Source of the DNA: Podarcis vaucheri
Taxonomy: Eukaryota
Assembly: GCA_965113315.1 (NCBI GenBank)
Contig: OZ220363.1
Direction: 5' to 3' (one strand)
DNA length: 64,000 nucleotides
Below, piece by piece: positions 27,658 to 41,913 of the stretch; position 1 is the stretch's first letter, and every line of letters begins with the position of its first letter. The notes beneath the pieces are model-generated. The model was not told where the DNA came from, ran no database searches, and worked only from the letters and a program-made list of their open reading frames with translations. The translations under genes and the position numbers were made by a program.

Positions 27658-27929
27658 AATTCAAGATTGTATGGAGCAATAAATAGAGTGCATGCAAGGC
27701 ACGCTGGCCCCACCCCAAAAGTTCAGCCAGCCCTCCTCCCGCATTATTCATCTGCTGTCAATAAATGGGAAGCCTCTTGAATGCATGCAGGCCTCCCCCC
27801 TGTCAACCAAAATAACAAGGAGAGTATTGGGGCCACGGTGAGTGGGTAGACCTAGTGCATATGGCTCCCCTCTCTCTTTAGTTAATCTTAATTGAGTGTT
27901 GGGAATAACACCAAAGGGCGTTGCAGAAA

Positions 27930-27975
27930 GAAAGGAAGGAAGGAAGGAAGGAAGGAAGGAAGGAAGGAAGGAAGG
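27930..27975. repeat. (GGAA)n microsatellite
   Basis: Direct reading. Confidence 0.95.
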
Positions 27976-30939
27976 ACGAAAAGCAACATGAGCAAATTTT
28001 GCAACTGTCCCTCAGATAAGCAGCTGAACTCTGGATGAGATGTCCCATCCTAAGACAACTATAGTGCAATACTACTACTATTACTGCTACTACTACTGCA
28101 TTATACTTATTATAATACTTATTATTATTATTACAGCACCATCTGTGTACATGACACTTTACAAATAACTGATTTGAAAGGTTCATGTTGCAAGGAGTCT
28201 ACAACCTAAAAACGAATATAGGAAAAGACAGGAAAGGGAAGGAAAGGAGACACATAATGATATCAACTGTATGTATTTACTCTTACTGGCAGATTAGTGT
28301 TTGAACCAAGTAATCAAAAGCTCCATTGAAAAAAAGTAAGCGTTGAAGAAGCATTTGAAGGAAATAAGGGGAACAATTGTACAGAGGGCTTGTGAGAAAC
28401 AATTTCATGCATAAGGGCAGAGTTTGTTTCATGAGACCCTAGGGGAACTGATAGAGTTGGATGGATGAAAGTAATAGGCAAATAATGTTGGGGATAAGGT
28501 TTAAGTGCAGAGAGTAAAGGGGGCAAGACCGCAGAGAGTTTGACAAAGGAAACCTGTGTACATTTTTAAAGAAAGGGTGTCATGTGGTCAGAACAATGGG
28601 AGAGGTCCACAATTTTTGCGTGGAACTGTTGAAAAGAGGTGTGAGCAGATCAAGGTGAGATCATGGGAAACTAGGAAGAAAAAATGTCAGAAGGCTAAAA
28701 GGACATTGGTGGTAGTTTTTGCTGAGAGAACAGAGAGGTGAGCTACATTTTTGTAACAGAAGTAATGTGATTCGGTAATGGTCATAATATGGAAGCAAAG
28801 GAGAGAAAGGATACAAGCAAGGCTTCATGCCTGATTAACAAAGTGGGTGGTGATGTTGCCAATGGTTGAAGAGGTTAAATAAGAAAATGAAAGCTTGGAA
28901 GGAAAGATTATAATTTTGGTGTTGGTCATATTGATCTTGAGATTCCGATGACACATCCATGCAAAAATGTCAGATCAATACTTGTGGTTTCGATCACTGT
29001 TCATCTTGATCAATACATTTCAATACATTTCAGATTGGTTGTCTACTGCATAAGTATATAGGGCTTTTTAAGCAACATGACATGACATGATCGGGAGAGG
29101 GTGCATCTAATGAAACACATGCTTTGATTTTACCCTTGGTGTTCTAATGAGACACTTAACTCAAAGCCCTGTTCTCCTGGCTTTGCTCCTAAACAAACGG
29201 TAACAGCTTGGCAGTCACCCAACTGCTCTTCTAATTAATTCACAATCAGGTTCCCTTTTATTCCCTTGTCCAGCTCATCACTTTTCATTTTCTGTGCACT
29301 TGAGATTTAAAGAAAGGAAAAAGCCAGCAGACTCTGAAATATCTCTAGTGGGAGAGACCACACAGTTCCTGCAGTCCATACTAGGGTTATGTCCAGTTTT
29401 GTCACAGTTGCCATCTAGATATAGAAAAGGTTTGGGGCATGTTTTAGAGCAGGGGTGGGGAATATCTTCCAACTAACCTTATCCGCTACCCCCCTGTGGG
29501 CTATTTTGATAGGCGAACAAAGCTGTCAGCCACCTGACAGCACAATGGTGCCCAAAGTAATTTTTGCTCCTTTGTAGATGCTGCTTGAGGGGAACAACTT
29601 TTGTATTGTTGGCTTGTAAACACCAATCCCAGTCTGCTTTTTGTTAGCATTGATCAGCTATGGGTGCTGAGATCAAGCCCACTTTAGGTAGTGAGTGGCT
29701 GCACTATGCAGTTCACCATCAGGAACTCATTTGCAGAGATGATTCCAGAGACTTCTTGTTGGTGCCAATCAGCTGACTTGCGTTGACAGCAAGTCCTGCT
29801 TGCCAGGAAGGCATCAGGAGCGTGCTAAGACTCTGATTGTTCCTTGACAGTCATGTCCATACTTGCCCCAAACCTGACATTATGTATGACACCTGTCACC
29901 CTGAGGAGTAGTTGCAGCAACAGGAGACATCTGCCCCCTGATGTTTTATATACCCTTCCCTGACTTCTCCTGCTCGGAAGTCACTGCTGCTATTCCTGCT
30001 TCAAGCTCCTCCTGGTTCTAGGGGACAGTAGGGAGGAGGATGTGGGGAGTGTACTGACCCATCTGCAGGCTGAAAAGCCTCTTCTTCTGCCACATCTAGA
30101 GAGTCTTCCTCCATCTCAAACTGACCTGACTCTTTCTCCCCAACCCTGTCCTGCCTCCTGCCTTGCGAGCGGCATCAAACCCCATAAATTGTTGGTCCCT
30201 CTCTTGGGTCACTCTCCTGGTCCCCGGCCCCCACCACGCACTTCAGAATCCTGTTAGTCTCTGACAACATCAGACACTTTTTTGGGTGGGAACACCACGG
30301 GTCACCTTAAAAAAAAAGAAAGAGAGGCACTTTAATGCACTAGATATGTCACTAGTCCTGTTCTACCAGGAAACACTGACAGAAAGATTCTAGATGTACT
30401 TTCAGCTTGCCTCCGGCCAAAGGACTTACTTCTGTTATTATTGGGGGTTTTTTTTGCAAAGCTTTCCTCAAACCTTTCACCTCCTGCTAATGTTACCAAA
30501 TATTTGCACTCTGCAGTAATATTATTTGCTCATCCACAATCCTTCTGCCCTTGTTTCCCCTTCTATTTCCTCTTCTTTGACAACATTAGGCTGTCAGATA
30601 CAAGACTTTCCTCTTATTTTAGCCCTGAAAGCAACAATAAAGAATATGTCGAGATCAAGAATCATTAGTCCTCTAAGTTAAAAAAAAAATACCTATCCCT
30701 TTAGCATAGGCTGACTGACCTTTTGTAAAAATCCTTCCTTTGAAGAAGGCAAAGAGGAAAGGGAACAGGCAATAGGAGTATGTTGAAGCAGATTATTCTC
30801 TGCTGCTCAGCACAACACAGTCTCTTCACAAAGAAAGCAGGACATAAAAGGATCATATAAAGAGCTGGATCAGGACAATGTAAACTGACCTGAGACCTGG
30901 GGTATAGAGCAGTATACAAATTTTAATCTTAATCATCAA

Positions 30940-31175
30940 CATCTAGTCCAGCATCCTGTTCTCACAGTGGCCAACCTGATGCCTGCAGGAAACCTGCAAG
31001 GAGAGTCTAAGCATGAGAGCCCTCTCCCCTCCTGGGGCTTCCAAGAAACTGGTTTTCAGAAACATTACTGCCTCTAACCATGGAGGCAGGGCATAACCAT
31101 CATGGCTAGTAGTCAATGATGGCCATAGCCTCTGTGAATTTGTCTAATCCTCTTTTAAAACTGTTCACGTTGGCT
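30940..31175 (-). mobile_element. CR1 LINE 3' end/3'UTR fragment
   Basis: catctagtccagcatcctgttctcacagtggcca...gaatttgtctaatcctcttttaaa, reverse complement of the element type at 55525-56080. Confidence 0.7.
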
Positions 31176-31706
31176 TCCCTACACCCCACACATGCACACT
31201 TGGTACAGTGCATTCTTTCCCTTCCCAAAGAGCCTGTCAACAATGGACCCTGGGGGAGACAAGAACTCAAGACTACTAAGGCATTTTCATAACCTATTTT
31301 TCATTGTCTTCAGGAAGCTGTTTTTCCTCCCAGGCGCAGTTTTTAAGAGCTGATGGTGACTGACTCTCCCCCCCCCCCCGCAGTTTGTACCACTTCCCCT
31401 TGTTCAGCTGTCACTTCTGAGTACAGAGCAAAGGAAACTGAAACAATTTCTATGTGCTGAGCTATTCAGAGGGAAACACACATTATTTCATCACTGGCAA
31501 CAATGGCTCTATTCAGGCGTTCAAGTTGAACATGTATGATCTTAGAGGAGGGAGAGGGTTGCAGACACTTCCACAAGCCTTGCTCACAATATCCTTGCAT
31601 GTGCCAACTCCACTTCAACCGTCTCACATTCAGCAGAATGGATTTTATGTGCATTCAGGTTAACATATTAAGAATCCTCAGTGCAATTTGGAACCTTTTA
31701 ATTATA

Positions 31707-31948
31707 CAGTGGTACCTCAGGTTAAGTACTTAATTCATTCTGGAGGTCCGTTCTTAACCTGAAACTGTTCTTAAAATGAAGCACCACTTTAGCTAATGGG
31801 GCCTCCTGCTGCAGCTGCGCCACCAGAGCACGATTTCTGTTCTTATCCTGAAGCAAAGTTCTTAACCTGAGGTACTATTTCTGGGTTAGCGGAATCTGTA
31901 ACCTAAAGCGTATGTAACCTGAAGCGTATGTAACCCGAGGTACCACTG
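31707..31948. mobile_element. Mariner-like MITE
   Basis: TA|cagtggtacctcaggtta...taacccgaggtaccactg|TA. Confidence 0.88.
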
Positions 31949-32003
31949 TACAAGATAAGAGTTAAACTTTCACATTATTTGATAAGAGTTAAACTTTCAT
32001 ATT

Positions 32004-32250
32004 GAGACTCCAATACTTTGGCCACCTCATGAGAAGAGAAGACTCCCTGGAAAAGACCCTGATGTTGGGAAAGATGGAGGGCACAAGGAGAAGGGGACGA
32101 CAGAGGACGAGATGGTTGGACGGTGTTCTCGAAGCTACAAACATGAGTCTGACCAAACTGCGGGAGGCAGTGGAAGACAGAAGTGCCTGGCGTGCTCTGG
32201 TCCATGGGGTCACGAAGAGTCGGACACGACTAAACGACTAAATAACAACA
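32004..32250 (+). mobile_element. Bov-B LINE 3' end
   Basis: RLQYFGHLMRREDSLEKTLMLGKMEGTRRRGRQRTRWLDGV...WRALVHGVTKSRTRLND; TSD aaactttcatatt at 31991-32003 and 32251-32263. Confidence 0.93.
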
Positions 32251-32934
32251 AAACTTTCATATTATTTGACTTTCATATTTACCCACCTTTCCTCAACTCA
32301 GGGCACTCCTAACTAAATGGTATTTCTGTTTTTCCCAGTCTTTGGGACCCTCGAAACTTTCATCTTCATCTGGCATTTTAATGGGCATCTATCTTAAAGC
32401 TCCAGCTTCTACACTACGCTTATGCAAATAAAACTTCAGTTGATTGCTTATTAAGAAAACATTTCTTTCTAGAATAAAACTATTTCAGTAACAACTTGCT
32501 ACGCTGGCATTTTGCTGTGTTTTTAAATAGTCATGACTAGAATATAATAAAAGGCAATCACAGGCACATGTTTCTCCATTATTAAAAATTAATTTAAGGC
32601 TGATCGCCCATCTGCAGCAGAAGAAATTAAACTTTAAAAATGGTTGTGCTTGCATATATTATAATTCTGCAACATTGTAGGCCATTCTGCACATTGCTAA
32701 AAGGGCAAATGAGACAAGCAGCTGTTTCGTGGGTGGCATTACACTGTTTGTCAGAGAGTGGCAGTGACTACAGTTTCCTACTGAGTAGACATCTGGTGAC
32801 AGGTTCAGTTTGTAGCTATGCAGTGAGTGCAATGGTCTAGCAACAGAGGTTGTAAACAGAGGGAAGTTTACAATGTGGTACCCAGCAGTTCAGTAGAAAT
32901 GTGGCATTTCTGCCAAATCATAGGAAATACTTAC

Positions 32935-33082
32935 TGTATGTACACCCAAAAACTTCAACCCGCAGGCCAATTTTCCCACTCGGACTCCATTTCAAAGGAA
33001 TGAAGCGCACAAAACGAGCTTTCACTGAGTGCAGAAATTTATGCTGCATGACACTGTCAGCATTGCTGTTCCCTTGGAAGAC
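32935..33082 (-). CDS. CNTNAP5: CNTNAP5 internal coding exon (equivalent to human exon 4), C-terminal half of the F5/8 type C (discoidin) domain
   Basis: Read by hand on the minus strand (absent from the ORF track): tttgcag|GTC...; translates [49 protein letters not shown] + A|gtaagta. 148 bp, phase 0 to phase 1. Closely resembles recalled CNTNAP5 [50 protein letters not shown]. Confidence 0.95.
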
Positions 33083-33479
33083 CTGCAAAGAAATAGAATT
33101 GGTTAAGTTATGGATTTTTTCCTTATTTAAAACATTTATCTACCACCCTTCACCTTTGGGGGATTTCAGGATAATGTACAAGCCAACATCCTATTATATA
33201 TATATATTTTAAAAAATCCAAGGGAGTATATTAAAAACAAAACTAAGAATTACAGCAGATTAAAATTCCTGGGTAAAAAAGAAATCTTGTGATGTAGCTG
33301 CCAGGGGAGAATATTCATGGAGGGTCTTCCACAATACAGACCCTACTAGTAAGTACTTACCAGTCGATATCAGGAAAGGTCCTAGGATATATAACTAAAT
33401 GGTCAGCCTGTCAGCCCTCAGAAAAGGATGCTTTGATTACTAAGACCCAGCATGGGTTTCTAAAAAATAAGTCATGCTG

Positions 33480-34072
33480 ATACATGTGAAAAGGATCTAG
33501 GAATCTCAGTATACCACAAGGTTAACATGAGCCTACAGTGTGACATAGCAGAAAAATAAGCTAATGCTATTCTAGGCTGCATCAACAGAAGTATAGTGTC
33601 CTGATCAAGGGAAGCAATAGTACCACTCTAGTCTGCCTTGGTCACCTGGAGTACTGTCTCCAGTTCTGTGAACCACAATTTAAGAAGGATTTTGACAAGC
33701 TGGAACATGTGCAGACAAAAGGTCCAGAAACCAAGCCTTATGAAGAATTGTTGAAGGAGCTGGGTATTTGTAACCTGGAAGAGAGGAGACTGAGAGAAGA
33801 TATGACAGCTGTCTTCAAACATCTAAAGGGCGGTCACAAGGAAGGTGAGGCTTCAAGTTACAAGAAAGGAGATTCTGACTAAACACCAGGAATAACTTTC
33901 TGACAGTAAGAACTGTTGTGTGGAATGGAATCACTCAGAATGTGATGAACTCTTCTTCCTGAGGGGTTTTTAAGCAGAGGTTGGATGCTTTTGTTGTGAT
34001 TTTTACATTGCAGGGGCTTAGATTAGATGACTCTCAGGATCCCTTCCAACTCTACAATTATATGGTTTTGTG
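33480..34072 (+). mobile_element. CR1 LINE ORF2 C-terminal/3' fragment
   Basis: gaaaaggatctagg...gctaatgctattctaggctgcatcaacagaagtatag...cccttccaactctacaatt. Confidence 0.85.
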
Positions 34073-36007
34073 ATTGCTTTATGTGGAAGTTGCATAATAT
34101 GGCTAGACTACATATTTATCTAAAATTGAAGATGGCAGGTAGATAGACTTATGCCTATGGCAATACTCTCAAGGTAATATAAAGCCTTGCCCCACACAAT
34201 AGTTGTGATCACAAGTCAAAAGCTACTAAAATCTAGGATGCTGTTCATTTAGCTGCGCTTTAACCTGTTAATATCAGAATCCATTAAAAGGGGGTGTGCT
34301 GCTGTGTGAAACATTTTTTGTCTTTAAAACTGGGATTAATGTGTGTCTGCAGTGATGCTGATAGGACACAGACAATCTCCTCAATTCCTCAACCTTTGGC
34401 AAAGCATCTGTAAAAAGCAGAAAGAACATTGCAGCTACACATGAGGGGAGAAAGGTTCCCCTGGAAAAAAAGACTGTCCACTCATCAAGGCATAATAAAT
34501 TAAGTGGCAGCATCAGGCACTGGCTGATATGTCTATCTCACTTGATAGCACAAGCCCCAGGATGCCAAAGTCATGGCATCTTCACAGAGCTGCACAAGCT
34601 GGCTACCATAATGACTATGGTGATTATCTTCCCTCTCACTTTATTAGGCAGGTAATGGGACAGGTCTGAACTGTAAATGGAAGGAAGGAGAGTTGGCACA
34701 CCAACACGAATGGTGCATCAACAGACTGGAGGTTAACTGCTTTCCCAGGGAGTTATTTCAAGCGGCTGCTAATGCTTTCTCTCCTGCCAAAGTCACAGAG
34801 GTGAGCTGAACCAAAGGAAAAGGAAAGACTAGGGAGGTGCAGATGCCCACATCACAGATGTTTTTTAATTTGCACTGTTGCATTCCTAATGCAAGAAAGT
34901 GCAGTGGCATAACTCTGCCCACTGCCTTCCACTGAACAAACAGGCCACTTCACACCCACTAATTGAGGCTGAAATGCTGCCCGTGAAAAGTGTATTTAAT
35001 TCCAATGAGATTTAGTGCATATGCAAAATTCTACGATCTATTTGACTATGCTGGGATCATTGACTTTAAGAAGCAGGCCTACCAAACTCTTTGCACCTTG
35101 TGAAGTAGTATATTTAGTTTATTACTTCATATCTTACAGCTATATAACTCTAAGACAAAGCTGGCTACAGGTTCAGGGCTTTAAAGGCAGAATGGTGACA
35201 CCCTGAGTTCCGAATCACTTTCCCAGCAAAGCTGGATGGATACTGCTAAATATCCTGAGCTTCAGCATAGGTATTGGACAGGGAGGGTTGGGGTGGGGTA
35301 TGGAAAGGCAGGTAGGAAGGATAAATAATTTCTGAGCTCAAATTCTTATCTTTTATTTTTTTTAAAAAAAAACCTAAGTGCCTACAAGGTTTAGAAAAAG
35401 TTAAAAAAGAAAAATGCAATTTTTCTTGCAATTCTTGCAATTTCTGCAAAATGAGCCAGTCTGGCTGCTCTGTGTTTATAGTCATTGAGTGAATACAGAG
35501 CTGTGATTGATGATGAGTGGGCACCAGGAATCCTTAATGCTGACAGTCATGATCTGTCATCTACCTAGGTATAAAAGTCTGGGATTTCTTGGGACTTCTT
35601 ATCCTCCAAGCAAGTCACATTGCTTAATTCTGAACATTGCTGCCTCGCCTTTTCTTCACCTCTAACATTGCTACAGGCCTATCCCTCTGACACTCAGGCC
35701 CTGGTAGGGGCCAGTTTGAAGAGTTCCTAAAATGATCTGACCCTGAAAAGGTGCCTCAGCCAGCCATGACGACAACAAGTAGGATGAACAGAGGCAAAGG
35801 AGGACACAACTCGTGTAACTTTCATATTTGTGTAGAAGATTTTTCATGCTAGCAGGTCAAGATGTTCCCCTTTTTAAAATCAAGCTATTCCTGCTTAAGT
35901 TACACCTGCTTTTAAACTTTAGTTTTATCATACAGGATAATCCTAAAAACAGAGGTGGGGAACCTCAGGCCCAGGGTCCAATTGTAATCATCCAAGCTTC
36001 TCTACCC

Positions 36008-36325
36008 AGTGGCGTAGCAAGATCAGGTGGTACCTGGGGCAAAAAAAATATCTTGCCCCCCCCCACACACATTGGTTTTTTTTAATATTTTGCCTGCAAA
36101 AATGGTTTGACTTGCTTTCATGGGGGGGGGGGGAGCCAGAGTGGTTGAGCTTTTTTTGTGGATATTGTGTGCCTTGCGACAAGGCAGGCGGACTCTTTTG
36201 GCAGTGGGAAGCCTGTGGATGCCAAAACCACACCATCTCTCACACAGACGTTGACTGCTGCACAGCATTTTGTCACCCCTCTCAGAGGTGACACCCAGGG
36301 CAGCCCGCACCCACCGCACTGACCT
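36008..36325. mobile_element. Probable Harbinger-like MITE
   Basis: agtggcgtagc start and the tgtcaccccctctcagaggtgacacccagggc hairpin typical of such MITEs. Confidence 0.45.
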
Positions 36326-39300
36326 TGCTCTGCCCCATCTCTACCTTTCCATTAGGACTCTCTCCAAGCCACACAACTTCTTCAGCCACACTCTCTTTTT
36401 CTATGCCCCGTACCTCATTGGCCTCACTTCCCATTCTCCATGGCTGAAATGTGTCCTTGAGTTTTGATATAGACTCTTTCTTTCCTAGACGGAATACAGT
36501 GGTGTGGGTGGGTGGGTGGAATAGCTTACTATACAACAGTAACATTTATAGTCATTGCTCCACCCACATTTGGCTCTGTCCCTGCCAGCATTTGACATGT
36601 GGCTCTGAAATCTTACTTGGAAGAGAATGTGTCCTGCATGCTGTTAATAGTCCCCCTCTCTGTGATGTAGGATCCTGGGCCTCTGGCCATTCTACGGAAA
36701 TGTATGTGAAGCAAGAAAGAGATGTATGGACTGGGGAAAAGATATGGAAATTAAGTATGCCAAAAGCTATGCTCTATCTTCCTGCAGCTATGTTCCTCGC
36801 AGCTTTAGGGATAATTCTTGGTCTTTGGAGAATCTGTCAGGAAGCTCGTCCTACACTCTAGTAGGACCCTGGGAATAATGGTCCCTGACATTTATATACA
36901 TTCTTATAAGACTGTGAGAAAGAACCTGCCAGATGATCTAATCTACACTAAAATGAAAATAGTCTCCTTCCTCCTACCCAAATTCTGTCAAAAATATCAT
37001 GCAATACAGATAATGTAATTAAAACCACAACCCACCACTAAATAGCATTGGATAACAAGCTTAGTATATCTTAAAAAAAAACACAAAAAAACTTTGTTGT
37101 TTGGAAAGCTTGCCAAATATATGTAGCTGTTAAATTAGTTAATTAGGTTGTTTATTTGGAGCCATACATATAGGTCTGGGCATTTTAAAAACGTAAGCAG
37201 AGAAAATGGAGTATTTTCCCCAGTTGACAAGGTTACACTAAGATGCTACCCTCCATCTCAATGTGTTTTGATTACATGATTCACTCAAGCAGAAACACCC
37301 ATTATGAGCTGCTAAATAACACAAGTTCTCTGCTTCAAATCCCAAGCAAAATACTAACAATATAAGTTTTTGCTGCAAAGCAAATTCTCTTTAGCACCAC
37401 CAAAGTTTGTAATACTCATATGAAATAATTATTTTTTATTTGTTATGATACCCAGGCATCGACTGCATGACCACAGATTTAGACTGAAATTCCAGAATGT
37501 ACTTTGCTGGAAGTAAACTGTATTGAAATCAATGGAACATGGTTTCAAGCAATCATGGCTGAGAGCATTTTGTGTGATGTAGGAGCACAACTCAGATTAA
37601 GCAGAATATTCCACCTTGACTTGGTGGCCCAGACAGCTAGGCTTCTCAGCTGGCATCAACTCTTACTTTGAGTTTACAAATTAGCAGGGCAGGTGCTTAG
37701 TTGGAGATAAACATTCATCCTTTGCTTAGTAGTCAAGCATCTGCTTTGAATACAGAGAGTTCAGGTTCAATCCCTGAGATCTTCAGATAGAGTGGGTAGG
37801 GTCTGCTGTCTGAGAACCCGGAAAGCCACTGTCAACACTACTGAGCTAAATAGATTGACCAATGGCCTGACTTGGTTTAAAACAGCTTCCTATATTAAAG
37901 GACTGGAATCAGGCTATTCTCAATCTAGGTCTGGCCTATTATAATACATTAAGACCACATTCACCTTTACCAGCAATGTTTGTGCCATCAGCGCCTTAAG
38001 AATAGTCAGAGCACACAAACAATATTTAGGGGGATCACTCAATCAAGCCATAGGTTCAATGACCACGTGAAGATACTCAGCACATTCTTTGGATACTGCT
38101 TACCCCAGGATCTTCCAGAAGGACTCTTAAGTTCATTCATAGGTACTCACAAAGGGTGCCTTACACAGTTGCAAAAAACATGATATCAGTAGCATAGCTA
38201 GTATGTTAGTGGGGCTGGTGGTGGAACACTATCAAGAACCCCTTAACACATTTTTTGGAGCTAAGAGACTATTTGAGTGTCCCCAGCTTATTGTTACATT
38301 GTGTAAACAAAACAAGGCAGGTCTCTGTCTATACATGAACCTTGTGTAACCCAACTGTATTCTTAAGAATGCGGTGAATATGTTTAGTGTCTAGCAGTGG
38401 GGAGCAATGCTTAAAGCCTTTGCATATTAGTCTCATCAGTAAGAGGTTAACCAGCTACCACTGTATTTCTTATTCCTATACTTTTAAATTAATTGGCCAG
38501 CTTTGTCCAATGAGATGACCCTAGGGAGATCTCTCTTATTCCACACTATAGTGAATTCAAATGAGAAAAAAATATGCTTTCATTATCTTACTGCATTTCA
38601 CAGGTAACAGTATGATAGCACCTCTAGTCAGACCTCTAAAGTAACACCATAGCAGTGAATATGGGGTAGAAGGGTCAATTTCCCTCAGGAGAATCCATCT
38701 CTGCTTAATGAGCTAAAATCCTTGGCATTCCAAATTCTCTTTAAGAAAAGTGAATTATAATGAAGTGCTTATGAAATATTTTGACCCCAGAAGAAATCTC
38801 ATTTTCACCTTATATACGTTTATGGGGGGGGCAATAAGAAAGTGTGTTTTGGACTTCCATGGGTACATCCAAAGACCCCTCTGTTCATTCCCACCACCTT
38901 CCTCTTCCTTTGCACAAGTGGCCACAGCCACTGGGATGTTCAATTCCCATCTTATATTAGCGATTAAGTCAGTGTTACTGCACACTCTTCATCACCCCCA
39001 AGAATGACAAAGATGCCTCTCTCTCTGTGCATTAAGGCAGCCTTCCTGGATTCACAGACAATACCCCACAACAGTGAGCCCGTGGTCCCACTCAAGAGCA
39101 CCTTGGTACAGAATGAATAGTCCAGCAGTTTATTCTGGCAACTTTACGTCAACCTTCTTGCAGGAGTTTAAAATGTATTGTTCTTCCCTTCCAGAAACAT
39201 CCTGCCTCCCTGGGTGCTGAGGCGACAGAGTCCACTCAATAATGTCTAAGTCCCAGGCAGTGCTTATGCAGCCTTTCAGGGACTCAGGAGGACTTCCTGT

Positions 39301-41583
39301 TACACGGGAGGGAACTGCCACATGGATGAGCCTAAGTTGGAAGTTCTTTGTGTTATAACAAATACCATAAGCAATAAAATCCTGTGTTAAGTACATTGTA
39401 TGGTATTAAAGACTGAAGTACTCCTATTTAAGATGGCATGTGGGCACATTTTCTTCTCCAGACTCTTTCCCTCTTGAATTATTTTAAGCTTTGTTGCTTC
39501 CTTCCATCTGCACAGTTTTAATTACGTAACCACCAGGCATCAACACAAAACCTTGCAAGGTGCCTATTGATGCCTGTCAATAGCTGAATTTTTAACAACA
39601 GGAAGCTGTGTAGAAGTTTTCAGACAATCTTTTTAAAATGAGAAATGTCCGTTTCTCATTATGCTCCTAAGCGTAAGTGAGAGTGGGAGACATGTGAAGT
39701 GGGATCTACAAATGACATTTGGCTAACGGAAAAAAGAGAAGCAGGTATAACACAACACTTTCAAGAGGCGTTAGAAAAGCTGTCTTCAGCATTTCCGCAG
39801 GTAATAATCTCAGCAAAAGCTCCCCTGAAATATGGCTGTGTGGATATTACCTCTTTAAGATGGTTGTATTTTACTGTGTAAACCAAGAGAGACTCTCAGT
39901 TGGAGCTGAGTTTACAGAATAAGCAGTCACTTACATGCTTTCTTTCCATACAATACTTATAACTTGTTTTAATAGTTAGAAATCATTGTAAATAGGTTTT
40001 AGATATTGACAAGTCGGACCACCAGCAAAATGCTGCTGTATACCCCCCCCCAAAAAAAAAACCTTGTGCTCAGTTCCTCTTTACTCTGGATGCCAGGATT
40101 AGAAACTCTCCCCCTTCAGTTGGGAAGAGAGAAGAGGTGCAAAAAGCTTACCTCTGTGAGTGAGTGTGGTGGTGGGGGGGGTGATATAGGTTCTTTTCAG
40201 CACACAGATAGGGTTCCTGGTGAGGTAACGTATGTACACTGTTTGTTGTCCCCACAGTAGCCATTTTGTGTTATGCCCCATACCCATGATGGCCATTTTA
40301 TGACTGGTGCCCACATAACTTTCACAATATTCCGAATGTACCCACTGGCCCCAAAAGGTTGATGACTCCTGGGGCTGAAGCAAGCTGATTCTCTCTCTTT
40401 CCTTCATTTTATTCCCCACCACCACCAACACTCACAATCATGTGGCTTCTAGTTACCACTGAGAATACTAAGTCCTCGTTGGATAGTTGTTTTTGAGGTG
40501 GCTGGCCCGTTTTAGCTTTTAAAAGATATTTCAAACTTCTAGAAATGCCAGGGATCCCCTGAACATTCTGATAATGCCCTCTTGTTTTGGCTCAGTTCCT
40601 GCTGGTTATTCAGAGTAGATAGATCCAAAGATCCATTAATTTTAATAGGTCTAATCTGGGTAAAACTTAGTTGAAGACCATTCTAAGTTTGTTTTTAGAA
40701 TGAGAGTGTTACAAATGTTTGTTTTCTGCAAGTTGTTTTCGACCACTTGGATCCTGAGATCCAAGGATCTTGGGTTCTTAGCAAAATATGATGGCATGGC
40801 ATTATCAAATGGATAGCTGATGTAAGTCCAACACAGGTTAGAGTAATTGCACTGAGGAAAGTTGGAATGGAGAAAAAGTTTGCAGGAGAAATACTGTCAA
40901 ATGAAACCAGCTGGGACAGCTCAGTCGTCCAGTACTCTTCACTGTATTCAAATATCCAGTAGATAACTGAAAAAGATTTAGATTAGAATTTGATCTCTTT
41001 ATGAAACCAAGTGTAGCTACAAAGGTAGAAAGGGAGATTATGTGTCTTTTTCAAAGTGTTAAAATTATGCATGGTGTAGAGAAAGCAGATAAATAACAGT
41101 TTTTCTCCATCTCTCATTACACTAAAGATTAATACTAATGGATCTATGCCATTGTTGCACTGTGATTCCACCATAACGATGACCCCAACTTGACAACCGC
41201 TGATGCAAAGCTAAAAATAAAGGAGAAGGGTAGATGGCAAACATGAGTTTTCTCACAATCTCCTATAGGCATGAGACCACAGGACTCCACTGACTAACAC
41301 TCCTAATGAAACTCAGCACCACTGCTGCTACTTAAGGCAGCACACACAACCTGCAAAGACAAGGCACACTATCCAGGTAATCAGTGACCGTATCCATTTT
41401 ATTAATTTATTTATATACCACTTTTCATATTAAAAAATTGTACCCTCCTTTGAGCCCCAGCCAATCAAACCTCACTAGGTCATGCTACTGTTGGGAGCAA
41501 GTCACTGGTAGATCACACTGACCTGGACAGATTATATGGGGAAAGCCAGTCTCAGACATAACCCAATCCCAAACTCTCTAGAG

Positions 41584-41905
41584 CAGGGGTGTCAAACTCA
41601 AATTTATCGGGGGCCACATCAGCAGTTTGGTCACCCTCAAAGGGCCGGTTGTATCTGTAGGACTTTACATGAATGCATGTAAAGTGGAGGTTTCCTGTGT
41701 AGAACGGCCGGCGCTGCTAGAGGGCAGACGTTCTCTGGCTTTTAGGCTGCTGCGCATGCGCTGAAGAGGCGGCTTTCTTGTGTCAAAAAAAGAAAGAAAG
41801 CGAGAATAAAAGGTGAAGGCTGGCGGCCGGCGGTGGCTACACGGGCCACATGACGAGGTCTGGCGGGCCGGATTCGGCCCGCGGGCCTTGTGTTTGACAC
41901 CCGTG
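41584..41905. mobile_element. Non-autonomous hAT element with CpG-rich core
   Basis: caggggtgtcaaac...gtttgacacccgtg TIRs; perfect 8-bp TSD ctctagag at 41576-41583 and 41906-41913. Confidence 0.92.
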
Positions 41906-41913
41906 CTCTAGAG

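Noticed and set aside
38750-39396. Possible processed pseudogene or extra exon
   Set aside because: No recognisable protein motif in any frame and no convincing splice pair
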